Origin: an uncultured bacterium
Lineage (GTDB): Bacteria > Verrucomicrobiota > Verrucomicrobiia > Limisphaerales > UBA8199
Reading direction: 5' to 3'
Assembly: GCA_963749495.1 (NCBI GenBank)
Contig: CAVVMW010000015.1
Span: 1 to 64,000, forward strand
DNA: 64,000 nucleotides
The notes under the pieces were generated by a model. It was not told the DNA's origin, made no database searches, and was given only the letters and a program-made list of their open reading frames with translations. This document shows, piece after piece, positions 32,576 to 43,312 of the stretch. Both the position numbers and the translations under genes were made by a program. Position 1 is the first letter of the stretch. The number at the start of each line of letters is the position of its first letter.

Positions 32576-33424
32576 TTAGCGGCAAGGGGATTGGGCCGCC
32601 GCCTGAGGGGGATTGGCTTCTACGAGGCGGACAAAGGATGGCTGAGCAGCCACGCTGACCAGCGGAGGGGGTCCGTGGACCCGTTTGGGGCTGTACTGGG
32701 CGCCCTTTGGTGGATCATCCATCCCCGCATTGCGGGCATCGGGCGTGCGGTTTAGCATGTTTGTGCCTGGCCGGGCCCCGCACGTCAACAGGGAGACCAG
32801 AGCCGCGCGACCATGCACGCGGAGCCGCTTGTAAATAGCCTTCGCATGGGCGTGGGCAGTTTGGACGGAGATCTTCAGACCGAGCGCGGTGTCCTTCTCT
32901 GTGCCCCTGCAGAGCCAGAGGGAGACATCTTCCTCGCGCCGCGTCAAATGCTCGCAGCCAGGCTCGTCCTCCGCGGCGCGGAGACGTTCGATCACCTCCC
33001 AGCGGGCTTGTTTGCACAGGAAAAGCCCCCCGCGGACGGCCTCCTTCATTGCGCTAAGGAGCTGTTCGTCCGGGGCCTTTTCAAAAACGCACCCTGCGGC
33101 TCCCGCCGCAAGGATCGAGAAGACCGAGGTGCCCTCCAGAGCCGGGCTGTGTACCACGATGGGCACGAGGGGCGCGAGGAATTTGAATTTCCTCGCGGAG
33201 GCACAGGCGAAGGCCGGCGTGGTCTCATGGAGCAAGGCCACGGCGTGCCTGCGGCGCGCAAGCTCGGACTCAGCCGCTTCCGGGTTTGGGAAGGCACCGG
33301 CGAGGCGCAGGCCCTCGACGCTGCCGATGAGCGCCCCGAGCCGCTTGCGATCGGTTCCGCTGCGCGCGATCACGTAAACGGGGAGGGGCGCATCCCCTTG
33401 CGGCTGGGGTCTAGCCGGAGGCAT
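32576..33424 (-). CDS. LuxR-family regulator with an atypical receiver domain
   Basis: LAAGAAGCVFEK..LTRREEDV..ISVQTAHAHAKAIYKRLRVH; receiver acidic residues are missing. Confidence 0.8.
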   Translation of the reverse strand: MPPARPQPQGDAPLPVYVIARSGTDRKRLGALIGSVEGLRLAGAFPNPEAAESELARRRHAVALLHETTPAFACASARKFKFLAPLVPIVVHSPALEGTSVFSILAAGAAGCVFEKAPDEQLLSAMKEAVRGGLFLCKQARWEVIERLRAAEDEPGCEHLTRREEDVSLWLCRGTEKDTALGLKISVQTAHAHAKAIYKRLRVHGRAALVSLLTCGARPGTNMLNRTPDARNAGMDDPPKGAQYSPKRVHGPPPLVSVAAQPSFVRLVEANPPQAAAQSPCR

Positions 33425-33818
33425 GGTCGTGACTGGTGCTGGGGGGCATGGCAGGGGTATTGTCGAGTCCTCTCGGAGCCAGCATCCCTGAGGGCTTGCC
33501 CGGCCAAGTGTCCCAGACCTCTTCCTCTGAGGCAAGGTCTTCATAGCTCGCGAGGCTAGCAAGAGCCCGGCCTTTTGTCAATGCGAAACTTCACCGGAAT
33601 AACGACGCGAATTGAACTCGACACTCGCCCGCTATTGCCTGCCAGAGCCGCAGTAGGAGAAGCGGTGTAGCTTGAGCATCTACCGCAGGAACCTCGAGGA
33701 CCTCTGCGAGGAACACCGCATCGAGCTGAACCACCACCACGCCCTCTCCGCGACTTGGCGAAGTCACGGACCTCCGGTGTGGGCGGTGCCAGCCTTTGAA
33801 AGGGGCGCGTGGTTGTGG

Positions 33819-34439
33819 CTATAGAGCCGGCTGGAGCCAGACCGGAATTGGTTGCTTGAGCAGCACGGCGCATCCATCCGCAAAAATCGCAACGTGGCGA
33901 AAAGGGGTTCGAAGATCATCGTTGTCGAACACCAAAACGCAAGGCAGTTCACGGATGGCCGCCTTGAGATTAGCGAGGGTACGAGGGAAACGCGCAATCA
34001 ACTTTTCCCTCGGCACATCGTGTCCCCCTTGGGAAACGCGAATCGCAACACGTTCTTCGGAAGCCTTGGCGCCCCCAATCCCAATGAAACAGAGCACCAC
34101 GGCATAACCCAACTGGACGGTTTGTTTCAGGAAGGCCAGTTTGTCTCCAACAGGATCCGAAAACACGGTTTCGAAGACGAAACTTTCGCGCTGCTCAACC
34201 AACTCATGGCGCAGCGCGGCGAGCATGCGCGCAGCTTCGTAGGCGTCAGCCTCCAGTTCTTTGGCGAGCACATCGGCGTTGAGGAAGCGCAGACCACTGG
34301 GTTTGAGGTGCGCTTCAAAGAATGTGGTCTTTCCCGCGCCGTTCGGCCCGGCGAGAGCCACGACGATCGGACGACGATCCAAATATCCGGCCCAGGAATT
34401 CGCGCCAGTCCCCTCCGCACCACGGCCTCCGGGCTTCAC
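33819..34439 (-). CDS. Zeta-toxin-like P-loop ATPase/kinase
   Basis: AGPNGAGKTT, FLNAD, FETVFS and RVSQGGHDVP. Confidence 0.88.
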   Translation of the reverse strand: MKPGGRGAEGTGANSWAGYLDRRPIVVALAGPNGAGKTTFFEAHLKPSGLRFLNADVLAKELEADAYEAARMLAALRHELVEQRESFVFETVFSDPVGDKLAFLKQTVQLGYAVVLCFIGIGGAKASEERVAIRVSQGGHDVPREKLIARFPRTLANLKAAIRELPCVLVFDNDDLRTPFRHVAIFADGCAVLLKQPIPVWLQPAL

Positions 34440-34813
34440 CGTGTTGCCTTCTTCACGGCCTGGAACTGGCGGTTGACGAACCGGCCCAGCGTGCGCTTGC
34501 CGTCGGCGTCGATCTTGATCAAGAGTCCGGGTGAGTCGGCTGGTTCGTAATGCGGATAAGGCCGGGTCTTGAGGTGTTCAACGACCCGCCGGCGCCCCGC
34601 CGGGGAATCCACTGACTGGAGGCATTCCGAAAGCGGTCTTGAATCGCCCGCCCGGCACAAGGCAAGGGCCTGGTCGCCCCGCAAAAGGGGTTCGATAGCG
34701 CGCCCCAGCCGGGCCCAGAATTCAATTTGGCCGGCGATCGATCGGTCAGCGACTTCCGCCGTCAGACGCGCATCCAGCACCAAGGTGTCTGAGACTTTAA
34801 CCGGTTGACTCAT
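34436..34813 (-). CDS. ParD-like antitoxin
   Basis: MSQPVKVSD.L..DAR...RSIAGQIEFWARLGR; overlaps the downstream ATPase start. Confidence 0.8.
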   Translation of the reverse strand: MSQPVKVSDTLVLDARLTAEVADRSIAGQIEFWARLGRAIEPLLRGDQALALCRAGDSRPLSECLQSVDSPAGRRRVVEHLKTRPYPHYEPADSPGLLIKIDADGKRTLGRFVNRQFQAVKKATR

Positions 34814-34911
34814 GATGGTAAGGTAGCAAAACGCTACCGGCCTGTCAATAGCTTGTGCCCCGCTTTGAACTGGACACTCGACACTCGGCGCTCGACCCTC
34901 GCCCCTCGACT

Positions 34912-36282
34912 ATGTTCGATGACACGATAGTGGCGATTGCGACGCCGCTGGGAGAGGGAGGGCTGGCCGTGGTCCGGCTCTCGGGCCCGGAGGCGCTGGC
35001 CATGGCCGATCGGTGTTTCGTGCCTGTGGGCAAGGGGGCGGTCCTGCCCTCGGCCGCGCCGACGCACACAATCCGTTTCGGCCACATCGTGCGCGACGGC
35101 CAGGTGGTGGACGAGGTCCTGGTCGCGGTGATGCGCGCGCCCCGGACGTTCACCCGCGAGGACGTGGTCGAGATCACCTGCCACGGCGGCGTTCTCCCTG
35201 CCAAGACCGTCCTGGATACCGTGCTGGCCAAGGGCGCGCGCCTGGCCGAGCCGGGGGAGTTCACGCGGCGCGCCTTTCTCAACGGGCGTATCGATTTGGC
35301 CCAGGCGGAAGCGGTGGCGGACCTGATCCACTCCCGGACGGAGCTGGCGTTGCGCGCCGCCAACGAACAACTGGCCGGCAAGCTCTCCGGGCGGATCAAC
35401 CGGCTCAGGGATGAACTGCTCCAGACGCTCGCCCACGTCGAGGCGCACATCGATTTCCCGGAGGAGGACATTGCGCCGGATACCCGCGACCAACTCCTGG
35501 AGCGCCTCGGGCGCGGGGTGGCCTTCATGGACCAATTGCTGCGCACCGCCGCCGAAGGCCAGGTCCTGCGCCGCGGCATCCGCGCCGCCATCATCGGCCG
35601 GCCCAACGCCGGCAAGTCCAGCCTCCTCAACCAACTCCTGGGCCGCGACCGCGCCATCGTCTCCGCCATCCCCGGCACCACCCGCGACACCATCGAAGAG
35701 ACCGCCAATATCCGCGGCCTGCCCGTCGTGCTCATCGATACGGCCGGCCTGCGCGAGGCCCGCGACGAAATCGAACTCGAGGGCGTCCGCCGCAGCCGCC
35801 AATCCCTCGGCCAGGCCGAGTGCATCCTGCACGTCTTGGACGCCTCCGAACCGCTGACCGAGGCCGACGCTGCTCACCTGGCCGAGTTCGCCGGCAAGCA
35901 GCGCATCCTGGTCCGCAACAAGATCAACCTGCCGCCCCGGCTCGACTTGCCGCCCGGCCTGGCCGCGCCGGTCGTCGATGTCTGCTGCCTGACAGCGCAG
36001 GGGATCGAGGCGCTCAAAGACGCCATCAAGGAACTGGCCTGGTCCGGCGAAATCCGGGCCGAGATCCTCGAGGTCATGATCAACTCCCGCCATCAGGACG
36101 CCCTGAACCGCGCCCGCGCCGCGGCCCTGCGCGCCGCCGACGCCCTGCGCTCCGGCCAAACCCTCGAACTGGCCGCCATGGACCTGCGCATCGCCGTCAA
36201 TGCCGTCGGAGAGATCGTCGGAAAAACCACTACCGAGGACCTGCTCGACATGATCTTCAGCCAGTTCTGTGTAGGGAAGTAG
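34912..36282 (+). CDS. mnmE: tRNA modification GTPase MnmE
   Basis: DTIVAIATP, EPGEFTRRAF, GRPNAGKSS, PGTTRD, DTAG and terminal FCVGK. Confidence 0.98.
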   Translation: MFDDTIVAIATPLGEGGLAVVRLSGPEALAMADRCFVPVGKGAVLPSAAPTHTIRFGHIVRDGQVVDEVLVAVMRAPRTFTREDVVEITCHGGVLPAKTVLDTVLAKGARLAEPGEFTRRAFLNGRIDLAQAEAVADLIHSRTELALRAANEQLAGKLSGRINRLRDELLQTLAHVEAHIDFPEEDIAPDTRDQLLERLGRGVAFMDQLLRTAAEGQVLRRGIRAAIIGRPNAGKSSLLNQLLGRDRAIVSAIPGTTRDTIEETANIRGLPVVLIDTAGLREARDEIELEGVRRSRQSLGQAECILHVLDASEPLTEADAAHLAEFAGKQRILVRNKINLPPRLDLPPGLAAPVVDVCCLTAQGIEALKDAIKELAWSGEIRAEILEVMINSRHQDALNRARAAALRAADALRSGQTLELAAMDLRIAVNAVGEIVGKTTTEDLLDMIFSQFCVGK

Positions 36283-36300
36283 GCGCCTGGGCCTGCCTTG

Positions 36301-36434
36301 GGGACAAAAAGGACAAAAGCGACATAAGGGACAAAAGGGACTCGGCACGCCCGAATCCGCTTTTCGTCATTCGTCATTCGTCATTCGTCATTCGTCATTC
36401 GTCATTCGTCATTCGTCATTCGTCATTCGTCATT
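36301..36434. repeat. 9-mer array (GGGACAAAA-like) plus (CGTCATT)10
   Basis: Arrays at 36301-36341 and 36365-36434; the heptamer array contains the GH127 stop codon. Confidence 0.9.
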
Positions 36435-38812
36435 TGTCCTTAAACGCCTGCAGTTCAGCGCAGGAGGCAAAGGCCTGTTTGGGGTTGTCGCCACAGGCGG
36501 GTTTGCCGAGGACGCGGATGGCCAGGGCCTTGAGCGGGTTGGGGAGCTTGAGGGTGAAGAGTTCACCGCCTTTGAGGTTGGCGGGGTCGGTGGCGGTGGT
36601 GGCGGGATAATCCTGGAGTTCGCCAATCGTTTCCCATTGGGCGTCCTTGTCGGCCTTGGTCTGGACTCGAGGCTTGCCGGCGCTGGCATCGAACCAGCCG
36701 CCATTGTGGAAGGTGCCGCCGTGGGCGAAGACGACGCGGGTGAAGGCGGCGGGCTCGTCAAGGGTGGCGGCGAACCAATCCTCATCGGCAGGTTTGCCGT
36801 CGAAGGTCACGACCGCGGTGGCGAGGTTGTCGTCGGTGATGGAGCCGAAGCGGTTGCCTTTGCGGGAGCGGGACTCCGTCGCATCGTAGAGCAAGTTGGC
36901 CGCGGTGATCAGGCCCACCGGCATCCAGATTTTGTAATGGCTGCCGGTGCAACCGGCGTCGGCGAAGGGGACCATGCGGATGGGGAAACGTGTGCCGGCC
37001 GGCAAGGGGCCGGTCGCGCGGCGGGCGAAACCGGCGATGCGAAAGACCTGCGCGGCCGGCCAGGTCTGGAACTGGCCGGAGGCGGATTCCGGAGCGAACT
37101 CGAGGCTGGCCAGCCGCTGATCCTCCACGCCGATGACCCTGAAGTTGACATTGGTGACGCCCAGCAGGGCCTCGTCGGCGGCCAGGACCAAGGGGCCGTA
37201 GAGCAGGGCAACCTTGCCCTCGTTGATGTGGTTGCCAGCTAAGAGGGCCGGTTGGAGCCTGAACTCGATCTCGATTTGGTCATGCCGGCTCCACTTTCGA
37301 GTGATGGCGATGTAGCCTCGCAACTCCGGTGTCTCAGGCAGAATGTTGCCATTGAGGCGGACCAGGGTGCTGGGGCACCAGGCCGGTTTGCGCAATTTCA
37401 CCATGAACGGTTTTCGGGAGGACGACTCGACGAAGATGCCGACCCGGCCGTCGGTCGGGAAGGTGGACCGGAGAGTGACGCCGACGGGAGTCTTGTCGCG
37501 GAGGTTGAGCCGGGCGATGGCCTCATCGTAGAGATTGACGACCACGCCATCCTCGTCGGTGGTGATGGCGAAGGTGGGAATGAGGGCCAGGCCGCGCGGG
37601 CCGCTGGAGAGGCAGCACTGGCCGTCGAGGCTGCTGGTGTAGGGCTTTGTGCCCTCCATCTCGACGTAATACCCCCAGGCAGCGCCGTCGGGGCGCTGGG
37701 CGCCCATGAGTTGGTTGAGGATGACGTGTTCGAGTTGGTCGGCGAAGCGCGCCTCGCCGGTCAGGCGCAGCAACTGGGCGTTGAACTGGAGCCAGGTCAC
37801 GGTGACGCAGGTCTCGCCGACGTTGCCGACATTGGGCAGGTCGAAATCGTCATGGAAGAGTTCCCCGTAGCTGGCGGCGCCGGTAAGGTAAAGGCGGTTG
37901 TCGACAATGTCCTGCCAGGCATTGAGGCAGGCCTCCAGGAGGCGGTGATCGCCGGTCGTGCGGTAGTATTCGAGCGCGCCGTTGAGACAGGAGAGCATCT
38001 CATAGGCCTTGCCGTTGGCGACTTTGTCGACCCGTTTGAGGGTGAGCAGGGTCGAGACGATCTTGGGTCCGTTGGGCTGCTCCCAGGCGCGGAGGATGTA
38101 ATCGCAGAATTCGAGATAGCTCTGCTCACCGGTCAGGCGATAGAGCAGGACCATCGGTTCGAGCACGCTGGTCGGGGCCATGCCGACGTGGTGGCCGGCG
38201 CGGAGGATGTCGCGTTTGCCCGGCGTATCGCCGAAGGTGGCACAAAGGAGATCGCCCATCAGGCGGCAGGCCGGCAGAGGGTCGAGGTTGCCGGTGTAGC
38301 GCATGTAAGTGATCAGGCCGATGAGGTTGTATTTGTGGGACCAGAACGTCCCAGTCGGTCCAGCGGTCCTTGTCGAGATAGGTGCCCAGATAGCCGTCTG
38401 GGAGTTGGCACTTGACCAGTTCGGCGGCAACGTAATCCAGCTTTTGGCGCAAGGCCGGGTCCTGGGTATTGACCCAGGCCAGGGTCGCGGCATGGAGCCA
38501 TTTGCCGACGTGCTCGCCGTCGTAGGACTGGCGGCCGGGCCGCTTGCGGTAGCCCTCCAGGAGGCGCGCCGGATCGAGCTTGACCAGGCGGTTGGCTTCG
38601 TTGACCTCGATGCGCCGGCCCACCCAGCCGCTCAGACTGGCGCGGTCGGGCGCCTGGGAGTCCTGCCGGTCCGCGACCATCGGAGTGATCCGATCCGCCA
38701 CGCAAGAATCCGCGGCCTGGACCGAGCCGGCCGTGGCGGCCAGGAGCAACACGGCTCTCACGAGTGCGGTGGGATGATTCGGGAGAAGGAGGAGAAGATG
38801 TTGTCGATTCAT
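36430..38812 (-). CDS. GH127 beta-L-arabinofuranosidase-like glycoside hydrolase, frameshift near 38340
   Basis: GEHVGKWL, KAYEM, ETCVTVTW, CCLSSG and LYGPLVLA; signal peptide. Confidence 0.88.
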
Positions 38813-38873
38813 CGTCGTGCCTTTGTTGGAGTGCAGTCTAACCTCGAAGGGCTCCACGAGGCAAGGGAAAGAA

Positions 38874-39036
38874 GTGCGGAGTGAGGAATGCGGAGTGCGG
38901 AGTGCGCCGGTGGGGGCGCCAGGGAAATGACGAATGACGAATGACGAATGACGAATGACGAGCGGCGGCTCGTCTGTGGGACCGCTGGCGAGTCGAGGCC
39001 GTGGCGTCCCTTTCGTCCCTTTTGCCCCTTTTGTCC
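38874..39036. repeat. (GTGCGGA)-like array, (AATGACG)5 and an inverted 9-mer array
   Basis: Arrays at 38874-38906, 38926-38960 and 39007-39036. Confidence 0.85.
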
Positions 39037-39039
39037 TTC

Positions 39040-39402
39040 TCAGAACCCCGGCCCAAGTGGGGTGCTCTGGAGCAGGAGCACCTGGACGCTCTGGGTCGAG
39101 CCGTCAGAGGCGAGCGCGACGACGGCTTCGATGTCGCCATGGCCAAGTCCCCGGCGGGTCCGCCAGAGCCAGTGGCCGTTGGTCCAGAGCGCGGCGGGGC
39201 CGCTCACGAAGGGCTCGCAATGGTAGAGCAGCATCGCCTGCTGATTGGCCAGGCTGCGGGCCATTTGGGTGGCCTCGGCAGCTTCCATGGGCAGGGCTGG
39301 CTGGGCGCCGCCGGCGGGTTGGGACGTAGGGGCCTTTTGGCAGGCGGGCAGAGCCAGCAGCAGAAGCAGCAATGCGGCAGCGCGCCAGAGCTTGGTTTTC
39401 AT
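39040..39402 (-). CDS. Hypothetical lipoprotein
   Basis: [21 protein letters not shown] lipobox; start overlaps the amidase stop. Confidence 0.65.
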   Translation of the reverse strand: MKTKLWRAAALLLLLLALPACQKAPTSQPAGGAQPALPMEAAEATQMARSLANQQAMLLYHCEPFVSGPAALWTNGHWLWRTRRGLGHGDIEAVVALASDGSTQSVQVLLLQSTPLGPGF

Positions 39403-41038
39403 AGTCTGCTCGGGGTTTGAATCGAGGGGAGAAACCGCGGGGGCCGGCGGGCGTTGGTGGCCTGCTCGAAGGCATAAGCCAGGCGAATCAATCCCGGCTC
39501 GGCCCAGGCGCGCCCGAAGAAGGAGATGCCGACGGGCAACCCGAAGACCTGGCCCAGGGGAACGGTGATGCTCGGGTAGCCGGCGACAGCGGCAGGGGTT
39601 GTGCTGTCGCCCAGGCCATGGTCGCCGGTGACCCAATCGGTGAGGTGGGCCGGGCCGGAGGTGGGGGCGATGACGGCGTCGAGTTGGTGCTTGTCCATGG
39701 CGGCATCGATCCCCTCGGTGCGCGCCATGCGGCGGCACGTGGCCAGGGCGTCGAGATAGGCCCGGTCGGTCAACGGTCCCTTGGCCTGGGCCTTGAGAAA
39801 CTCCTCCTGGCCGAACCAGAGCAGTTCCTGGGCACTGCAGCGCTGGTTGAAGGCGATGACCTCGTCCAGGGAATGGAGCGGCGCGTTGGGGCCGAGGGCG
39901 GCCAGGTAGGCGCCCAGGCCGGCCTTGAACTCGTAGCTCAACACCTCGGCCTCAGCCTCGTTGAGTTTGTCCGCCTTGGGAATGGAGACCGGGTCGATCA
40001 CCTCGGCCCCGGCGCGTCTCATTTGCGCCAGGGCCGACTCCATCAGGGCGTCCACGGCGCGATGGAAACCGAAGAAGGCGCGGGCGATGCCGAGACGGGC
40101 GCCGCGCAGGCCCCCGGGGTCCAGACCGGCGCAGAAATCGGCGGGGGCCTTCTCTGAGGCGGGGGCGGTGGCGGGGTCGCGCGGGTCGGGCCGGCGATGA
40201 CCGAGAGCAGGAGGGCGGCATCCGCGACTGTGCGTGCCATGGGACCGGCGGTATCCTGGCTGTGGGCGATCGGGATGATCCCGGGCTGGCTGACCAGGCC
40301 GACGGTGGGTTTGATGCCGACGATGCCATTGTAGGAAGACGGCGAGAGGATGGAACCGTCGGTCTCGGTGCCGATGGCGGCGGCGCAAAGATTGGCGGCG
40401 ACGGCGACGGCGGAGCCGGAACTGGAGCCGGAGGGATTGCGGTCCAGGGCGTAGGGGTTGCGCGTCTGGCCGCCGCGCCCGCTCCAACCGCTGGTCGAGA
40501 GCGAGCCGCGGAAGTTGGCCCACTCGCTGAGGTTGGTCTTTCCGAGGATAAGCGCCCCGGCGGCGCGGAGCCTCTCGACCAGCCAGGCGTCGCGCGCCGG
40601 AATCGAGCCCGCCAGGGCGAGCGAGCCGGCGGTGGTGCTCATGCGGTCGTGGGTATCGATGTTGTCCTTTATGAGGATGGGGATGCCGTGGAGCGGGCCG
40701 CGCGGGTCTTTGGCTTTGCGTTCACGATCCAGCTCGGCCGCAATGGCCAGGGCGTCGGGGTTCAATTCTATGACGGCGTTCAGGGCGGGGCCGCGGCGGT
40801 CGATTTGCTCGATCCGGGCGAGGTACTTTCGGGCCAGCGAGCAGGCCGACTCAGTCCCGGCAGCCATGCGGGCATTGAGTTGGGCGATGGTGATCTCATC
40901 CAGCCCGAACGGCTTCACGGGCCGAGCGTGCCGGCCCGGAGCCGCGGGCCGCTTGTCAGGATTGCGGGCCAGTGCGGAGCCCGACGCCGCCGCAGCGCCG
41001 CCCAGGGCGGTCAGACGCAGAAAACTTCGCCGGTTCAT
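39399..41038 (-). CDS. Amidase (amidase-signature family) with Tat signal, copy 1; 1-bp indel near 40190
   Basis: [34 protein letters not shown] and [10 protein letters not shown]-run is one base shorter than in copy 2. Confidence 0.92.
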
Positions 41039-42265
41039 GATCGGTGCCGTGGCCCGGAGCATAACCCAAACCAGGGCGGGGGAAAAGCGCGAAGTTTGGC
41101 GGTGGAAATAAATAAGGGCAGCAACCTGCCTTGTTCTTTTGCCGCCTCGCTTCTTTGTTCACTCGTTATGCCTTGAGGCCCCCTCCTTCGCCGAGGCTGC
41201 GGCGGGCAAGCCGCGGGAGGGGCCTTGTGCGCTGCCATCATGCCCCCTCTCCGGGGCTGGAGAGTGCCGCGCTCCACGCCGATGCCGTGCACGGTGGCAC
41301 GGGCAGGATGCGCCCGGCGCCTCCCGGCGGCGCCACAGGGACGTCGTGCGGAGAGATTTTTTATTCTGGTTTGGTTTCATCCACTTTAATCCGGTTTAAT
41401 TGGGCTCGGTTGGGCCATCAGCAGCACAGGCTCCTTGCCGGTGTGCGCACAGTCTTCGAACGGGTTTCTCACGGGCGCCATTGTGCGCGGGGCGCGCGGG
41501 CCTGTCCAAGTCCAGCGCGGACTGTTCGGAGTGTGCGGAGATTTTCTTTGGAGGCGGCAGTGCCCACCCGTCATGGCACCGCCGGGAAGCGCCCCTTGGC
41601 CCCTGCCTGGGCGCGCTTGAGCGTGGAAAATTTGTGGGAATTTCTGGGAATCTCCGGGAAATTGCGGGAAATTGCGGTCGTTTGCCGCAAACCGCGGGAC
41701 GGAGGTGGCTTATGGTTGGGGTCGGTCGGGGGCGGGCTCTGGTGGTTCCGCTGCGGGGCCGGCATCGGCTTTGAGGCGTTGCCGGAGCCGTCCCCTCCAG
41801 AGCCCGTACTCCTCCAATTCTTTACCGTCATGCGGCGAGTCTGCCGTCGGAGGCGCCTGCGTGTCTAACGACTATGCGGATTGTGAGGACTATGCGGCAA
41901 ATTCCTTTCGCGGAGGCGCATTTTACAAGGCTAAAGGCTAAAGTGAAGACCAGCGCTTCGCGCTGGGCCCAACAGCCAAAGGGCTCGCGGCATGGCAGGA
42001 GCGCCGGAGCAAGTGGTCCGGGGCGTCAACCCTGGAGCGAGGGCATTTCTACGGCTTTCCCCACGGTCTGACGCCATTCCCCCAAACCAGCGCCTCCGGA
42101 GCGGGCGTCCAGGACTCCGGCACCTGTGCTGATACTCGTGGCTCCAGGGGGCACAGGCCCGCGACGTCCTCGACGCCAGGGCGACACGACGAATGCGCCG
42201 CTGGGAGGCGCCCAGGGTCCGGTCTGAAAAACCAACCAATCTATGGGCTGACCCCGCGCAGGCGC

Positions 42266-42865
42266 ATGGGCAGTCTCCACTATCCCCGCGGCGTCACCAG
42301 CGCGCTTTGGTGGTTGAACGCCACCAACAATCCGGCCTACCCGGCAGCCACTGCGACCCCCGAGCCGCCCAGCGGCCTGCGCGCGCTGCCCGGCAACCAC
42401 CAGGTCGTCCTGCTCTGGAATGGCACCGCCCTCGCAACGGGCTATAACGTCAAGCGCGCACCGGTCATGGGCGGGCCTTACACACCCATTACCAACAGCA
42501 TCACCGGCGCCAGTTGGGTTGATGCCCGCCTCCTCAACGGCGTCACCTATTATTACGTCGTGACTGCCAGCAACCAAATCGGCGAGGGCCTCCCTTCCGC
42601 GGAGGTTGCCGCGACCCCTTCCGGCACGGTCCCATCAACGGGCACGAACATTGCCGCGACACTCACCGGCCCGAACATCACCCTCTCGTGGCCCTCGAAC
42701 TATGCCGGCTGGATTCTCCAAACGAACGTCCTTGACCTTCGGAACAGCCTCGATTGGGGCGACGTGCCCGGTTCGCAGACCAATTACCGGATGAGCTTCC
42801 CGGCGAGCGATTCGACACGCCCGGCGGAGTTCTTCCGCCTGCGCCATCCGCAGCCCGGACAATGA
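42266..42865 (+). pseudogene. C-terminal fragment of a secreted fibronectin-III domain protein
   Basis: FN3 (VVLLWN..GYNVKR..YYYVVTASN) and a TLSWP..WILQ..FFRL tail; no signal peptide or intact N-terminus. Confidence 0.6.
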
Positions 42866-43159
42866 CGAATGATAATCTCGATGTGCGCTGCTTATACTTC
42901 ACGAGCTAGCCGTTAATTTTCTTGACTACGCGTAGGGCCTCTGGTCCAATCACAGGCAGGTAACAGGTGGGTACATGTCTCAATCAGGCAATAGGGACAG
43001 GCTGTTGAGGCATTGGGATCTGCCGCTTCGATCCCAAACAGAAGGTCCAGTATCAGCCCACGGGCAGTGCCCTGGCGACCCCCCCCCGCAAATCCGTTTG
43101 CGGTCCCGCGCCGCCGCGCGCTTTCCCCTCCAGGCCTCGGTTCGTTGGTAACCGGTCCC

Positions 43160-43270
43160 GAGGGACGAGGGTCGAGGGTCGAGGGCCTGACATCCGTCCT
43201 CCGTCCTTCGCCCTCCGTCCTCCGTCATCCGTCATTCGTCATTCGCCATTCGTCATTCGTCATTCGTCAC
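43160..43270. repeat. Heptamer arrays GAGGGTC and TCCGTCC grading into TTCGTCA
   Basis: Read directly, upstream of the LamG gene. Confidence 0.85.
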
Positions 43271-43312
43271 TCTCTGGCTCCCCGCTCGGTCATCATCCCT
43301 TTGGCACAACTT

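Noticed and set aside
41630..41690. Short 10-bp GGGAA-containing tandem repeat
   Set aside because: Only four to five degenerate units with no associated gene; function unsupported.
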